Source of the DNA: an uncultured archaeon
GTDB taxonomy: Archaea; Thermoproteota; EX4484-205; JAAOZP01
Length of the DNA stretch: 64,000 nucleotides
NCBI GenBank assembly: GCA_938045545.1
Contig: CALIBN010000002.1
Span: forward strand, 1-64,000
Direction: 5' to 3'
The notes under the pieces are model-generated. The model saw only the letters and a program-made list of their open reading frames with translations, did no database searches and was not told where the DNA came from. Each line of letters begins with the position of its first letter. Position 1 is the stretch's first letter. Both the position numbers and the translations under genes were made by a program. Shown here piece by piece: positions 28,910 to 39,299 of this stretch.

Positions 28910-30171
28910 TTATCCCGTAGGATTGCTAATCTTCCCCATGAAGAGAATGGCTCCCGTTTCCTTCTCCTGAATCATGAAGATGAACGGGTGGTCTGCTCTA
29001 AAGACTTTAGTCTCCGGCATGGCAGTTAGCTTCATGGCCACGGCGGTTGCGGCGGCCGCTTCAGTCCCCTTCTCATCAACCTTAACGTAAGCCTGGTGAA
29101 TAACTTGGCTGATAAACAAGTCTCTTCCGCCAGTCATTCCCGAGAAATCCCCTTCCCCAGTGAACGCGGTGGGCATTCCCAAGCTGCTTAAAGTCCCCCG
29201 CATAAAGTATTTGGTTTCAATCTCGAATTTCGGCAGGCAGATCTCATCCAGCTTCTCCTTCTTCATTTGAGCCCTATACTCTTCAAGCTTCTCCGCTGTT
29301 AGGGACAACTCTGTCGCCTCAATTTTTTCCGGTAGTATTATCAGCATAGAGAAATTACCCCCTTTGTACGGCAGCTCTAGAATTTGCAAATCCCTCGTAT
29401 CAACGAAGTTGAACCTTATTGTTTCATTTGGATGCATATGCATCATCTGGACCTTCATGCTTCTATTCGGAGTTATCCAGAAATCCTCTTCCACGATGAG
29501 GGATTCGTTGAACGCTATCTTCCAGTCGCCTTTGAAGTAGATAGCGTTGGTTAAGACGAGCCGCGTAAGCTTGTCGAGAACCCCGGGCGGGATCAAGTCT
29601 TTAATCTTATGATTTGTCTGCTCCTCTATGAAGACGTTGATTGCTTCCCGCGACTTTTCAGCTTCATGAATAAAGTCTAAAGCTTCAGCCTTCCCACCGT
29701 AGTATTTTTCAACCGTCTCCAAATATTCTTCAAGAAACGGATAGTCCTTCTGAACCCAGAGCGCGTTTCCAGTCCTCAACTCGTATTCTCTAACAACCTT
29801 ATTAATACGGTTATAGATCGCGGTGAAGTTCGGCCTTAACACACTGTTTTCCGGGAAGTTGAAAACCGTTTTCATTTCCTCCGCGGTTTTCCCCCTAGCA
29901 CCCTCATATGTCATTGCAAGAGCAGAGAAGATGCTGTAAGGAGAGAAGAAAATATTGCCGCTCCCAGTTTTAACAAGTTCCGAGTAAAGCTTTAATGCGA
30001 ATCGGTTATTGGCCTTTACAACCTCCTGAACTCCCTGCGGTATTGAACCAGCATCGTTCGCCTGTGGTAGTTGAATCGGCAATAAGGGTATGGGAGGAAA
30101 ATGGCTATAAGAGGTACTATAGTAGCCAGTAAGAGAATCGTCGCAACTATCCATAATCTCTTTTTACCCAT
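28910..30171 (-). CDS. Serpin (inhibitory-type hinge); N-terminal signal anchor is out of frame
   Basis: NIFFSPYSI, LVLTNAIYFKGDW, ELPY, LPKF, hinge EKGTEAAAAT, FRADHPF; ATG 30171 frame gives MGKKRLWIVATILLLATIVPLIAIFLPYPY, shifted by 1 nt near 30080. Confidence 0.88.
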
Positions 30172-30347
30172 TGCCGTGAAGAGATTCTAAGACATTTAGT
30201 TAAACGTTGTGTTGTTCGACTTTTTAGAAAAAAGGATTCGGGAAAAGAGCATGCTGTACATTTTTTCGAACAGCGTGCTTGGAGCGGGATGAATGATTTT
30301 ATGAATGGAAAACAATGGAATTAGAAAGAATCAGAAAAATAACCCGG

Positions 30348-31517
30348 TTAGAATGAAATTTCTATTCTTCTACCTGTTTCAGCCGACTTCAATATGGCGT
30401 CCATGATCACATTGTTTCTATAACCGTCCTCGAAAGTAGCGCCCAAAGGGGCAATATCCTCATCCTTAACCACGGCCTTAATGAAGTGGTATATTTCATT
30501 TATGAAAGTATGTTCCCATCCTATGATGTGGCCGGATGGCCAGTATCTCTCTATGTAGGGCTGAGTCTTCTCAGTCACGAGAATAGTGTTCCAGCCGCCT
30601 ATCGCCTTATCCTCCCATTCCCTCAAATATAGTTTCAGCTCGTTCAGCCGCTCAAGGTTGAACTCTATTGAACCCTTCTCACCGTTAATTTCAAAGTTAT
30701 TATAATTTTTCCTGCCGGTTGCGAACCTCGAGGCCTCCAAGGTACCTATTGCTCCGTTATCAAGCTCTATAACTGCCTCGAAAGCATCGTCAACCGTTAC
30801 TTTACCCTTCCTACTCGGATCCTCAGGCAGAGGCCTCTCCTCAATGAACGTTTTAACCATGCCCATTACTGACTTAAACTCCCCAACGATAAACCTTCCA
30901 AGGTCTATTATGTGGCTACCGAGATCGCCTAAAGGACCACTTCCAGCCTCCTCCTTCCTAAGCCTCCAAGCTAATGGGAAGTTTGGGTCAACAATCCAGT
31001 CCTGAAGGTACCTAGCCCTGAAATGGTATATCCTGCCGAGCATTCCTGATTTAACTATTTGCCTGGCAAGCTGAACCGCCGGGACGAACCTGTAGTTGAA
31101 CGCAACCATGGTTTTAACGCTGGCCCTCTTAGCAGCATCCCTGAGAATCCTCGCCTCCTCACCATTCCTTGCCAGAGGCTTCTCGCATAACACGTGCTTA
31201 CCTTTTTCAATAGCTTCAATCGTGGGATCCACGTGCATGTTGTTTGGGAGACAGTTGTCAACCACCTCTACTTCAGGGTCTTCAACAGCCTTCCTCCAAT
31301 CAGTAACATACTTTCTAAACCCGTAGTTTACCGCAGCATTCCTGACTTTTTCCTCAGTCCTGCCATATATTACCACCAGATCGGGTACGGCGGGTGGAGG
31401 ATAGAAGAAGTGGGACATGCTTTTGAAACCATGAGAATGCGCCTTACCCATAAACGCATAACCAAGTAATGCAACACCTATTTTGCGCGGGGCGCTCATT
31501 TCCCATCGTTTTATCAT
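30348..31517 (-). CDS. Gfo/Idh/MocA oxidoreductase, levoglucosan-dehydrogenase-like
   Basis: GYAFMGKAHS, CEKPLA, FNYR, YLQDW, GSGPLGDLGSH, VDD, WPSGHIIGWEHTF. Confidence 0.88.
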   Translation of the reverse strand: MIKRWEMSAPRKIGVALLGYAFMGKAHSHGFKSMSHFFYPPPAVPDLVVIYGRTEEKVRNAAVNYGFRKYVTDWRKAVEDPEVEVVDNCLPNNMHVDPTIEAIEKGKHVLCEKPLARNGEEARILRDAAKRASVKTMVAFNYRFVPAVQLARQIVKSGMLGRIYHFRARYLQDWIVDPNFPLAWRLRKEEAGSGPLGDLGSHIIDLGRFIVGEFKSVMGMVKTFIEERPLPEDPSRKGKVTVDDAFEAVIELDNGAIGTLEASRFATGRKNYNNFEINGEKGSIEFNLERLNELKLYLREWEDKAIGGWNTILVTEKTQPYIERYWPSGHIIGWEHTFINEIYHFIKAVVKDEDIAPLGATFEDGYRNNVIMDAILKSAETGRRIEISF

Positions 31518-31669
31518 CCAGAGTTCTCTAATTTAAGCATTATGGAATCCATTAAATTGGGGTAATGCATACTTGTGCATGCCAAATTTGATAAAAATAT
31601 CTTAGCGAGCACAAGCCGTTAAAAGCCTGACAAATTCTTATTAAGAGCAGCATAGATTAAAAATACAGC

Positions 31670-32002
31670 ATGACGGAAATGCGGATACCGGTTAAGATCA
31701 AGTACGCCGAGGACTTTGCAAGAGTATATGCAACGGGCGCGATTGGAGGCTTCAACGGGTTTGATTTTAGAATCGCCTTCTTCAATGATGTTGTGAATCA
31801 CCCGGAAGAGCCAACCCAACCCCCCACCGTAAGTAGGGAGATTAAGGTTGAAGTAATACTTACGCCAGTTGCATTGAAGCAGCTTACTAAATGGCTGAAC
31901 CAACACTTAGCCGAGCTCGAGAAGATGATTGGAGAGATTAAAGACCAGTATCCACCGCAACCGAGCCAGCGCAGAGAGCCTCATTCAGGCTACTACGTTT
32001 AA
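31670..32002 (+). CDS. DUF3467-like small protein
   Basis: VYATGAIGG...DFRIAFF...EVILTPVALKQL pattern. Confidence 0.65.
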   Translation: MTEMRIPVKIKYAEDFARVYATGAIGGFNGFDFRIAFFNDVVNHPEEPTQPPTVSREIKVEVILTPVALKQLTKWLNQHLAELEKMIGEIKDQYPPQPSQRREPHSGYYV

Positions 32003-32015
32003 CGAGAAATTATGA

Positions 32016-33359
32016 ATGGGCATGGGCGTTAAGGCTGTTAAACATGAGGGTACTAGAGTTGGTGTTTTAGGCGGCGGGCTCTCCGGAATTGCTTATGCTT
32101 ACTTTTCCTCTCGAATGGGTTTCAACGTTGCCGTGCTGGAAAAAAACAGTGTTCCCGGGGGTTTGATGAGGAGCATTGTTGAAGAAGGGTTTACCTTCGA
32201 CATTGGCGGTTCACATATAATTTTCTCGAAGGACACCGATGTTCTAAGCTTCATGCTTAGCCTTTTAAGGGGCAACAGGATTGAGAATAGGAGAAATACC
32301 GCGATCCTCTATAAGGGTAGGCTTGTGAAATACCCTTTTGAAAACGGTTTGTCCGACCTGCCACTTCTCGAAAACCTTTCATGCCTCCTTCATTTTCTCT
32401 ATGCCAGAATACGGAGAAAACGCGAACCGGGGAATCTCAGAGAGTTCTTTTACAATTCTCTCGGAAGCGCTATCTCCGAGAAGTACTTGATCCCGTATAA
32501 TGAGAAAATCTGGAAGATGAGCATAGAAGACATGTCTCTCGGTTTTATAGGTAGGATTCCTAATCCTAAGGTGATGGATGTTGTCAAGGCTTCTCTTGGA
32601 ATTGGTTCAGAGGGATATGTCCACCAGCTTTTCTTCCACTACCCGAGGAAGGGGGGAATTCAGGCGCTCATAGAATCTTTGAAGAGTAGCGTGCAGGATC
32701 ATGTGGTAACGGGCTTCGAGGCAAAGCATGCTGAAAACGAATCTGGAGAATGGGTTGTTTCAAACGGGCATGTAGAGAAAATTTTCGACAGAATCGTCTC
32801 TACAATTCCTTTACACGATGCCGTTAGAGTATTCAACGCTCCTCGAGACGTGAAGAGTAATGTCGAGAGGTTAAGGTTTAACTCTCTTGTGACGGTTGCA
32901 ATAGGGTTGGAAGAGCTTAATGTTAAGGGTTTAAGTTGGCTGTATATTCCCGATAGGAATATTCATCCACACAGGATTAGCTTCCCCTCTAACTTTAGCC
33001 CAGAAAACGCTCCGGAGGGGAAGTCGTCTATCCTCGCAGAGATAACCGTCAAGCCTGATGACCGTCTCCTTAGGACGAGTTGCGACGAGGTTGCAAACAT
33101 GGTGATTGAGGAGCTTGATAAGCTTAAGATTATTTCTAAGAACAAGGTTGTCTACAGGAATGTTTTTCAAAACAAGTATGCATACCCCATTCTGGATTCG
33201 AATTACCAAGAATGCATGGAGAGAATAAGAGGCTTCTTCAACGAGATAGGTGTGGAACTAATCGGAAGGTTCGCGGAGTTCAAGTATATTAACATGGATG
33301 ACGCTATTAGAAATGTTGCAAACCATCTCGGCATACATAAGGTAAGCGAATATGCTTAA
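32016..33359 (+). CDS. FAD-dependent oxidoreductase (protoporphyrinogen oxidase / UDP-galactopyranose mutase-like)
   Basis: LGGGLSG, PGGLMRS, FDIGGSHIIF, YPFEN, PYNEKIW, YAYP, GRFAEFKYINMD. Confidence 0.8.
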   Translation: MGMGVKAVKHEGTRVGVLGGGLSGIAYAYFSSRMGFNVAVLEKNSVPGGLMRSIVEEGFTFDIGGSHIIFSKDTDVLSFMLSLLRGNRIENRRNTAILYKGRLVKYPFENGLSDLPLLENLSCLLHFLYARIRRKREPGNLREFFYNSLGSAISEKYLIPYNEKIWKMSIEDMSLGFIGRIPNPKVMDVVKASLGIGSEGYVHQLFFHYPRKGGIQALIESLKSSVQDHVVTGFEAKHAENESGEWVVSNGHVEKIFDRIVSTIPLHDAVRVFNAPRDVKSNVERLRFNSLVTVAIGLEELNVKGLSWLYIPDRNIHPHRISFPSNFSPENAPEGKSSILAEITVKPDDRLLRTSCDEVANMVIEELDKLKIISKNKVVYRNVFQNKYAYPILDSNYQECMERIRGFFNEIGVELIGRFAEFKYINMDDAIRNVANHLGIHKVSEYA

Positions 33360-33382
33360 GGCAAGCTGTTTACCGCTGACGC

Positions 33383-35572
33383 CTATTGAATCTTTTTCAG
33401 AATGATGCTTGCAACCTTACCGTTGAAAGGCGGGATTTCAACCAGCAGCTTACCTTGAACCAGTTTAACACGTAGATTAGCCTCCTGACCGTCAACCGCG
33501 TAGAGTCTACATGCTACTTCACTATTGAGATTATAGAACTCAGAATCAACCTCTATTAGAAAACTCTTTTTCTCAGACCTGTAGTCAATAAGGTTTATCA
33601 ACAAGCTTCTTCCATCCAAGCCCTTAAACACCTTTGCAACAACTTTCTCAGAGTACCATTTTACTCCCAGGCTGTCCATGAACCTTGAATCATACTGCAG
33701 CTGCTTAACCCTCTTCCTGAGAGCTATCAATCTTCTTATATGCTCGGTTAATGGCTCGCCACTCTTAATCCTCGACCCAAGCGGGAGCGGTGTTACGTCA
33801 AACCTGAACCCGAGCAGGTAGACCCTGTTGAGAAGGTCGTCCAAGCCCACTTCACCATCCATATCCGGATAGTAGCATTTGCCTATCCATTCGACCGGCG
33901 GGTTGGCAAAGCCGTCTATTATAATATACTCGGGGAAAGTGTATGCGAAAACTTCTGGAGCAGGATGCATCGTCTGGCTTGAGAAACTAGTGTAAAGGTG
34001 AAGACTGCAATATTGCCCTACGGAGTCCCCATTTCCTTCGATACACAGTGAAAAATCTCGGGTAAGCTTCCTACCCTCCTCAGAGAGCTTCTGTATCGTT
34101 TTAACTCTTCCCTGGACTGAACACCCGTGATGCTTATGGCCGTGTGCAAGGTTGAAACAATAGGAAACAGGTGGGGAAAAAGTTTGATCGATATAGGCGA
34201 AGTCGGCACCATACTCCTTCAAGTATTTCTCCACAATCCAATGGACCAAGTATTTCTGCCAGCCCTCAGAATATGTGCACATTATCCTGAAACCGTCGTT
34301 TTCAAACTCTCTTCCAGGATACTGCACAGTCGTCGACCCGTCGAAGTTTGTTTGAGCGTAATTTCTGAACTCGCCCATCCAGTCCGGAATCCCCTCGGAT
34401 TCGGGAATCCTGATGCCTCTTGCACAAAGATACTCTCTTACGGAGGGTGAGAATGCTTGAATGTTAAAGTAGAAGCCTATTATACCGCCCTTACTTTTGA
34501 CCATGGATATTGCTTGCTTAAGCTCTTCAACCGTTCCTAGTCTCGGATCCGGATAGTAGAACCTGTAGCAACAGCCATCTCCAACCATCTGGCCCCACAA
34601 CTGAATATGGTTTAGACCAAGATACTCCGCGTCCTCAAAAAGGTCTTCAATATCCTTGAAGCTGAACTTCATCTCCCCCCCAGCTTTAAAGTGCACACCA
34701 TACCACCCGTCGCTCCATTTCAGCTTTTCAGGAACATTGGGCTTCACCATCCAAGACTCAGCCCACTCCCTATACCTATCGGCAGCCCAGTGCCAGTCCC
34801 CATCATGCACCCCGATTACAAAAGGGCTTGACCTCCAAGAGCTTCCAACGGGAACATATGCATACTTCCTCATCCCGAGGTTCATCGCCCCTCTCGAGCA
34901 ATCTGGGTTTGATTCTAGGGCAGTAAGTATTAGCTCCTTATCGTAACTAGCGATATAGAGTCCTGCTTTCTCATCGTAAATATCCATCCACATCATTGAG
35001 GCAAAACCGCCGTAAAGCAGCGTTCTAGGATAGGTTCCGCATTTTCCAACCGGATCCTTGATTTTCTCCCCGAAACGATTCGGCCTAACCAGTATGTCGT
35101 CCTCACTAGCATCACCTATACATACTCCTTTTAACTGCGGGAAGCCTATTCCGACAACATCCTCTGAGCAAACCCGATCCAGGGTATTGTCAACTTGGAC
35201 ATCGCAGGTTAGAAGCGGGCTTTCACCTTCAAGCGTAAAACTGTATTTCACATCCACCGATTCAATCCTGTGGAGAACCTCTATAGAGGAACGTGGGCCA
35301 TCCTTGTTCAACCGGATTTCCCTCAAGGTTTCAGGCCCCGATGAAACCATTCTGAATGGCTCGTCATCATTTGCGTAGACGGTGGATTTCTTTCCCTTCT
35401 GGAGGAACCAGATGTAAACCAATCCATCAGAGGGATACTTCAGATATGTGGTTGAAGCCTTTTTGTTCACAATCTGCTTTATTCCCCCGCTTTCTGGATT
35501 AAACACTACTTCGACCTTATCGTTGCTTAGAATTAGGCGATGTTCTCCTTTTTTCTCAGTCAGGGAGACCAT
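33383..35572 (-). CDS. Putative glycoside hydrolase (DUF6259-like)
   Basis: GDWHWAADRYREWA, YPDPRLGTVEEL, GADFAYIDQ, C..L.HGH, PEVFAYTFPE; no signal peptide. Confidence 0.65.
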   Translation of the reverse strand: MVSLTEKKGEHRLILSNDKVEVVFNPESGGIKQIVNKKASTTYLKYPSDGLVYIWFLQKGKKSTVYANDDEPFRMVSSGPETLREIRLNKDGPRSSIEVLHRIESVDVKYSFTLEGESPLLTCDVQVDNTLDRVCSEDVVGIGFPQLKGVCIGDASEDDILVRPNRFGEKIKDPVGKCGTYPRTLLYGGFASMMWMDIYDEKAGLYIASYDKELILTALESNPDCSRGAMNLGMRKYAYVPVGSSWRSSPFVIGVHDGDWHWAADRYREWAESWMVKPNVPEKLKWSDGWYGVHFKAGGEMKFSFKDIEDLFEDAEYLGLNHIQLWGQMVGDGCCYRFYYPDPRLGTVEELKQAISMVKSKGGIIGFYFNIQAFSPSVREYLCARGIRIPESEGIPDWMGEFRNYAQTNFDGSTTVQYPGREFENDGFRIMCTYSEGWQKYLVHWIVEKYLKEYGADFAYIDQTFSPPVSYCFNLAHGHKHHGCSVQGRVKTIQKLSEEGRKLTRDFSLCIEGNGDSVGQYCSLHLYTSFSSQTMHPAPEVFAYTFPEYIIIDGFANPPVEWIGKCYYPDMDGEVGLDDLLNRVYLLGFRFDVTPLPLGSRIKSGEPLTEHIRRLIALRKRVKQLQYDSRFMDSLGVKWYSEKVVAKVFKGLDGRSLLINLIDYRSEKKSFLIEVDSEFYNLNSEVACRLYAVDGQEANLRVKLVQGKLLVEIPPFNGKVASIILKKIQ

Positions 35573-35688
35573 ACCTTCCAGGCGAAGGTTAAGGATAAAT
35601 GTTTTTCTAGTTAGAATGCTACTATATCTTGTAAGAATATGGGATAGGCATATAGATTTATAACCTAAAAGCAGATGGAAGCAACTAT

Positions 35689-36459
35689 ATGCTAAAGATA
35701 GATTGTCATTCCCATATTAGTGGCAGGTTCTTTAAATGGGGGGTGGAGTTAAAAAGTCTTGTAGAGGCTGCTGATAAACTGGGTATCGATAAGCTGTGTT
35801 GCTCAATACCTATCGTTGAAGGTATGCCTACGCCAAGCGAGTTTAAAACCTGTAATAACGAGATGGTCAAGGCAATGAAGGAATATCCAGATAAGATTCT
35901 TGGCTATTGCTTCGTTAACCCTGGATATCAACAAGAATCTGTCGAAGAGATCGAAAGGAGGGTTCTTGAAGATGGAATGATAGGTGTAAAACTATATAAC
36001 CAGTATCGATGTTCCGATCCGGTTGTTTATCCAGTAGTTAGGAAGGCGGTAGAGCTTAAGGTTCCAATCCTACAGCATGCAGGATATCTTACGGATCCTG
36101 CCGAAGCGGCTAGGCAGCCGAATATTTCTAATGCTCGCGACATCTCGTACTTGGCCTCCCTATTTCCGGAAGCGATGATAATAGAGGCCCATCTCGGTGG
36201 GGGAGGGGACTGGGAATGGGCTTTAAAGGTTCTGAAAAACACGCGTAACGTTTACGTCGATACGAGCGGCAGCGTGATAGACTGCGGGATAATAGAGAAA
36301 GCCGTTAAGCTCTTAGGTGCAGATAGATTATTGTTCGGCACCGATTTGAGCATGGAGGAAGGGATCGGTAAAATATTGGGTGCGGAAATAAGCGAACGGG
36401 AAAAGAGCCTCATATTCGGGGAGAACATGCGGCGGATCCTGGAGGCTAGGTCCAGATGA
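35689..36459 (+). CDS. Amidohydrolase 2 family protein (metal ligands intact)
   Basis: IDCHSH, GVKLY, QHAG, AHLGGG, YVDTSGS, LFGTD. Confidence 0.88.
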   Translation: MLKIDCHSHISGRFFKWGVELKSLVEAADKLGIDKLCCSIPIVEGMPTPSEFKTCNNEMVKAMKEYPDKILGYCFVNPGYQQESVEEIERRVLEDGMIGVKLYNQYRCSDPVVYPVVRKAVELKVPILQHAGYLTDPAEAARQPNISNARDISYLASLFPEAMIIEAHLGGGGDWEWALKVLKNTRNVYVDTSGSVIDCGIIEKAVKLLGADRLLFGTDLSMEEGIGKILGAEISEREKSLIFGENMRRILEARSR

Positions 36460-37241
36460 TCATAGATTTCAACGTGTATCTGGGACACTGGCCATTCAGA
36501 AGGCTTTGCGTTAGAACCGCGCTCGGGATTCTGAGGCAGATGGATAGGAGCGGGATAGACATCGCTGTGGTCTCGTCTTTAAACTCCGTGCTCTATGCCG
36601 ATCCACATGATGGAAATCTAGAACTTCTACAGGAGATTGAACAATACAGCGAAAGGTTTGTTCCACTAGCCGTCCTCAACCCGAAATACCCCGGTTGGGA
36701 GGGTGACTTGGAGGAATGCATCAACCACGGCTGTAAGGGATTAAGGCTCTATCCGCAGTACCATAACTATTCGCTGACGGATGAAGAGTGTTTGAGGCTT
36801 GTTAAGAGAGCTCATGAAAGTAATCTTGTCGTCTCGATACCAGTCAGGCTCAGGGACGGTAGGGGGCGGCACTGGATGGACTCAGCGAGGGATATTAATC
36901 TGGAGGAGTTAAAGCAACTCGCGGAGAGAGTTCCAGAGGCGAAAATAGTGGTCTTAGAAGCAAGAGGGGTTGCTGATTCCCCATTGTTCGAGTATCCTAA
37001 CGTATATTTCGAAATATCCGGGATGGACGCCGCTTTCGGTGAGATCGACAGATTAATTGAACGAGTTGGCGATTCCAGGGTAGTTTTCGGATCCGGTTTT
37101 CCGTTAAAATACTTACAGAGCGCTATTCTAAAGGCTAAGCTTATCCGAAAGCCTGAGGAAACGGTTGAGAAAATACTATGGAAGAATGCATACGGACTCC
37201 TGGGCTTGGACCAAAAGAGACCTTCATGTAGGCTCAATTGA
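36456..37241 (+). CDS. Amidohydrolase 2 family protein (metal ligands degenerate)
   Basis: IDFNVYLGHWPF, GLRLYPQYHNY, FGSGFP; overlaps the upstream gene (ATGA). Confidence 0.82.
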   Translation: MIIDFNVYLGHWPFRRLCVRTALGILRQMDRSGIDIAVVSSLNSVLYADPHDGNLELLQEIEQYSERFVPLAVLNPKYPGWEGDLEECINHGCKGLRLYPQYHNYSLTDEECLRLVKRAHESNLVVSIPVRLRDGRGRHWMDSARDINLEELKQLAERVPEAKIVVLEARGVADSPLFEYPNVYFEISGMDAAFGEIDRLIERVGDSRVVFGSGFPLKYLQSAILKAKLIRKPEETVEKILWKNAYGLLGLDQKRPSCRLN

Positions 37242-39206
37242 AAACATGTTCTTCCCATAGTAGGTCAGGAAGGCGCCTATGGCCTCGCCGGCCCCTACGT
37301 TCGAAGAGACAACGGGCGTGGCCATTATTCCGACATCCCCTCGGGCAATCTTTCCCGTTACAGCACTCATGCACTCCCAGACGCTCGGATGCTTCAAGAG
37401 GAATCTCACCATCGAATCTTTCACCGCCTCTAAGAGGTCAGGATAGTAGTTGAAAGCCGCGGCCACCGCTAGGGAGCACGATTTCGTCCATGCCGGCCCC
37501 CTCCAGTAAACCTCCTCCTCAAACCCGGGCTGGCCCGGAGCGAGGGTGAAAACCCCGTATTCACCTATCAGTTTGAGGAAATTCTTCCTGGCTCGCTGAG
37601 CCTTTTCCGAGTCAACCAGCCCATAAGCGAATGGAAAGAGTCCGTCCACGCCTATCCTAGTATCCAGCGAACCATCCTGGTGAAGGACGCCGTACCAGTC
37701 TAAGCCTTCGTCCCAGAGGATGCGATCCATGGTCTGCCTAGTTTTCTCGGCCAGCCTAAACCATGTGTGCTCCTCACCGTTCTCAAGGATTCCGGCTATT
37801 CTGCCCATTGCTTGCTCGAAACGGCATTTTTCAGCCGCGAAGATGGTAGGATAGCAGAAATCCTCCCTCCCTCTAGAGTCGCCATAGGTCACTTTCTGAA
37901 ACGCTGGGAAAGTATCCAGCCCGGTATCAAAAGACGTGAGAATAGCCCAGAGGCCCATCCTATGTAGCCTAGCATCCCGAGACTCGTTGAGATAGTTGTA
38001 GTACTTCACCAGCCTAGGATACCATGCTTTAATACTTTTGAGATCTTTAGTAGCATAGTAGTATCTCAGCACGACCCATGGAATGTGAGGAGTCTGAATA
38101 ATATTTTTCCTGCTCCACGTTTCACCCGGAGTTCTCTCGCTGAGGTAAATTGCATGCGTAGTATAACCGTCTTCCCTCTGGTGTTTGAAAAATAAGTTCA
38201 GAAGGTTTTTGACGAAGCTAGGTCCTATTTCCGGGTTAAGCATCGAATGCCACTCGATAGCAGGAAGGGCCCATTGCCAATAGCCGCGGTAAACCGGTAG
38301 GGCTTCCAGAACGGTTTTTCCCAAACGTGGATGCTTATAGTAGTTTAACCTCACGTTCCACCAGCATTTATAGTACGCCTTTCTATCCGCCTCGGCTTCA
38401 AAACTCGGTGCGGGTAGAGAGTTGAACCATTTATTCCACTTCGCCCTAATGCTTGCAACAGGGTTCTTCAGCTTCAGCGCTTTAGCTGCTTTCTCGGGAG
38501 ACTGGAAGCTTATCCCGAACACAAGGCGGTCTCGCCCCCCCGATTTCAGAGCAATATTGTTTTCAAAAACAATATGACGCCCGGTTTTCCTACGTACATG
38601 AATAGTGCCCTTCTCCAAGTCGCCGAGGTATTCCTCTTCAGAAGAGTACACGCCGTAGTTGCTTGACTCGAAAGCTAAGAACAAGCTTTTCTTCCCAAGA
38701 TGGATTTTTAGAATATTCTTAGAGTTTTTGCTTACCCTTGCGGAGGAACCTCTCAGAGAAACAACAGTGTAGAATTTTCTGTTCACGCTGTATGGCGGGT
38801 GGCATCTGGCTTCAAGAATAATCCTCCAGAAGAAGCCTCCATTCGGACACTGGCCGAACAGCTCAGTAGCCTCAATCCCAACGTTTGAGAAAACGATTTC
38901 CCTCTTTACGAAGGAGGGTTGATACTCCATAGTCTTAAAGTAGAAAACGTTCTTAGCCAGCCTTCGGCCTGACAGATCTGGAAAAACATATTCTCCGAAT
39001 TTTAAAGCAGCTACAGGTGTCTCTTCATAAGTCGTTTCCTCCCTGTTATCTAAGAGCCAACCGATAGATCCGAATTCAGAGGGATATGCGAAGGAAATAG
39101 AGAAATCCTCTTCCTTCACGAGGATGGCGGTACGCCGGGGCAGTTTCTCATTAAAACCCTCTTTCACCAGATCCCAGAAATCCTGTCTTCTTGAAGACAT
39201 CCTCAA
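37224..39206 (-). CDS. GH63/MGH1-like (alpha/alpha)6 glycoside hydrolase
   Basis: YRGYWQW, QREDG, QTPH, DTGLD, LWDE..WY, YWRGPAW, WEC. Confidence 0.7.
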   Translation of the reverse strand: MRMSSRRQDFWDLVKEGFNEKLPRRTAILVKEEDFSISFAYPSEFGSIGWLLDNREETTYEETPVAALKFGEYVFPDLSGRRLAKNVFYFKTMEYQPSFVKREIVFSNVGIEATELFGQCPNGGFFWRIILEARCHPPYSVNRKFYTVVSLRGSSARVSKNSKNILKIHLGKKSLFLAFESSNYGVYSSEEEYLGDLEKGTIHVRRKTGRHIVFENNIALKSGGRDRLVFGISFQSPEKAAKALKLKNPVASIRAKWNKWFNSLPAPSFEAEADRKAYYKCWWNVRLNYYKHPRLGKTVLEALPVYRGYWQWALPAIEWHSMLNPEIGPSFVKNLLNLFFKHQREDGYTTHAIYLSERTPGETWSRKNIIQTPHIPWVVLRYYYATKDLKSIKAWYPRLVKYYNYLNESRDARLHRMGLWAILTSFDTGLDTFPAFQKVTYGDSRGREDFCYPTIFAAEKCRFEQAMGRIAGILENGEEHTWFRLAEKTRQTMDRILWDEGLDWYGVLHQDGSLDTRIGVDGLFPFAYGLVDSEKAQRARKNFLKLIGEYGVFTLAPGQPGFEEEVYWRGPAWTKSCSLAVAAAFNYYPDLLEAVKDSMVRFLLKHPSVWECMSAVTGKIARGDVGIMATPVVSSNVGAGEAIGAFLTYYGKNMFSIEPT

Positions 39207-39299
39207 ACAATATGAAGCTAAACCCAGTATTAAGGCTTACTTGAAGTATTAACAAATCTTAAATAATGCTTACAAAAGCTCTATTCAACAGTGTGAACA

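Noticed and set aside
30247-30280. Inverted repeat AGCATGCTGT/ACAGCGTGCT
   Set aside because: Single short hairpin downstream of the GFO gene; may be terminator-related, with no further support
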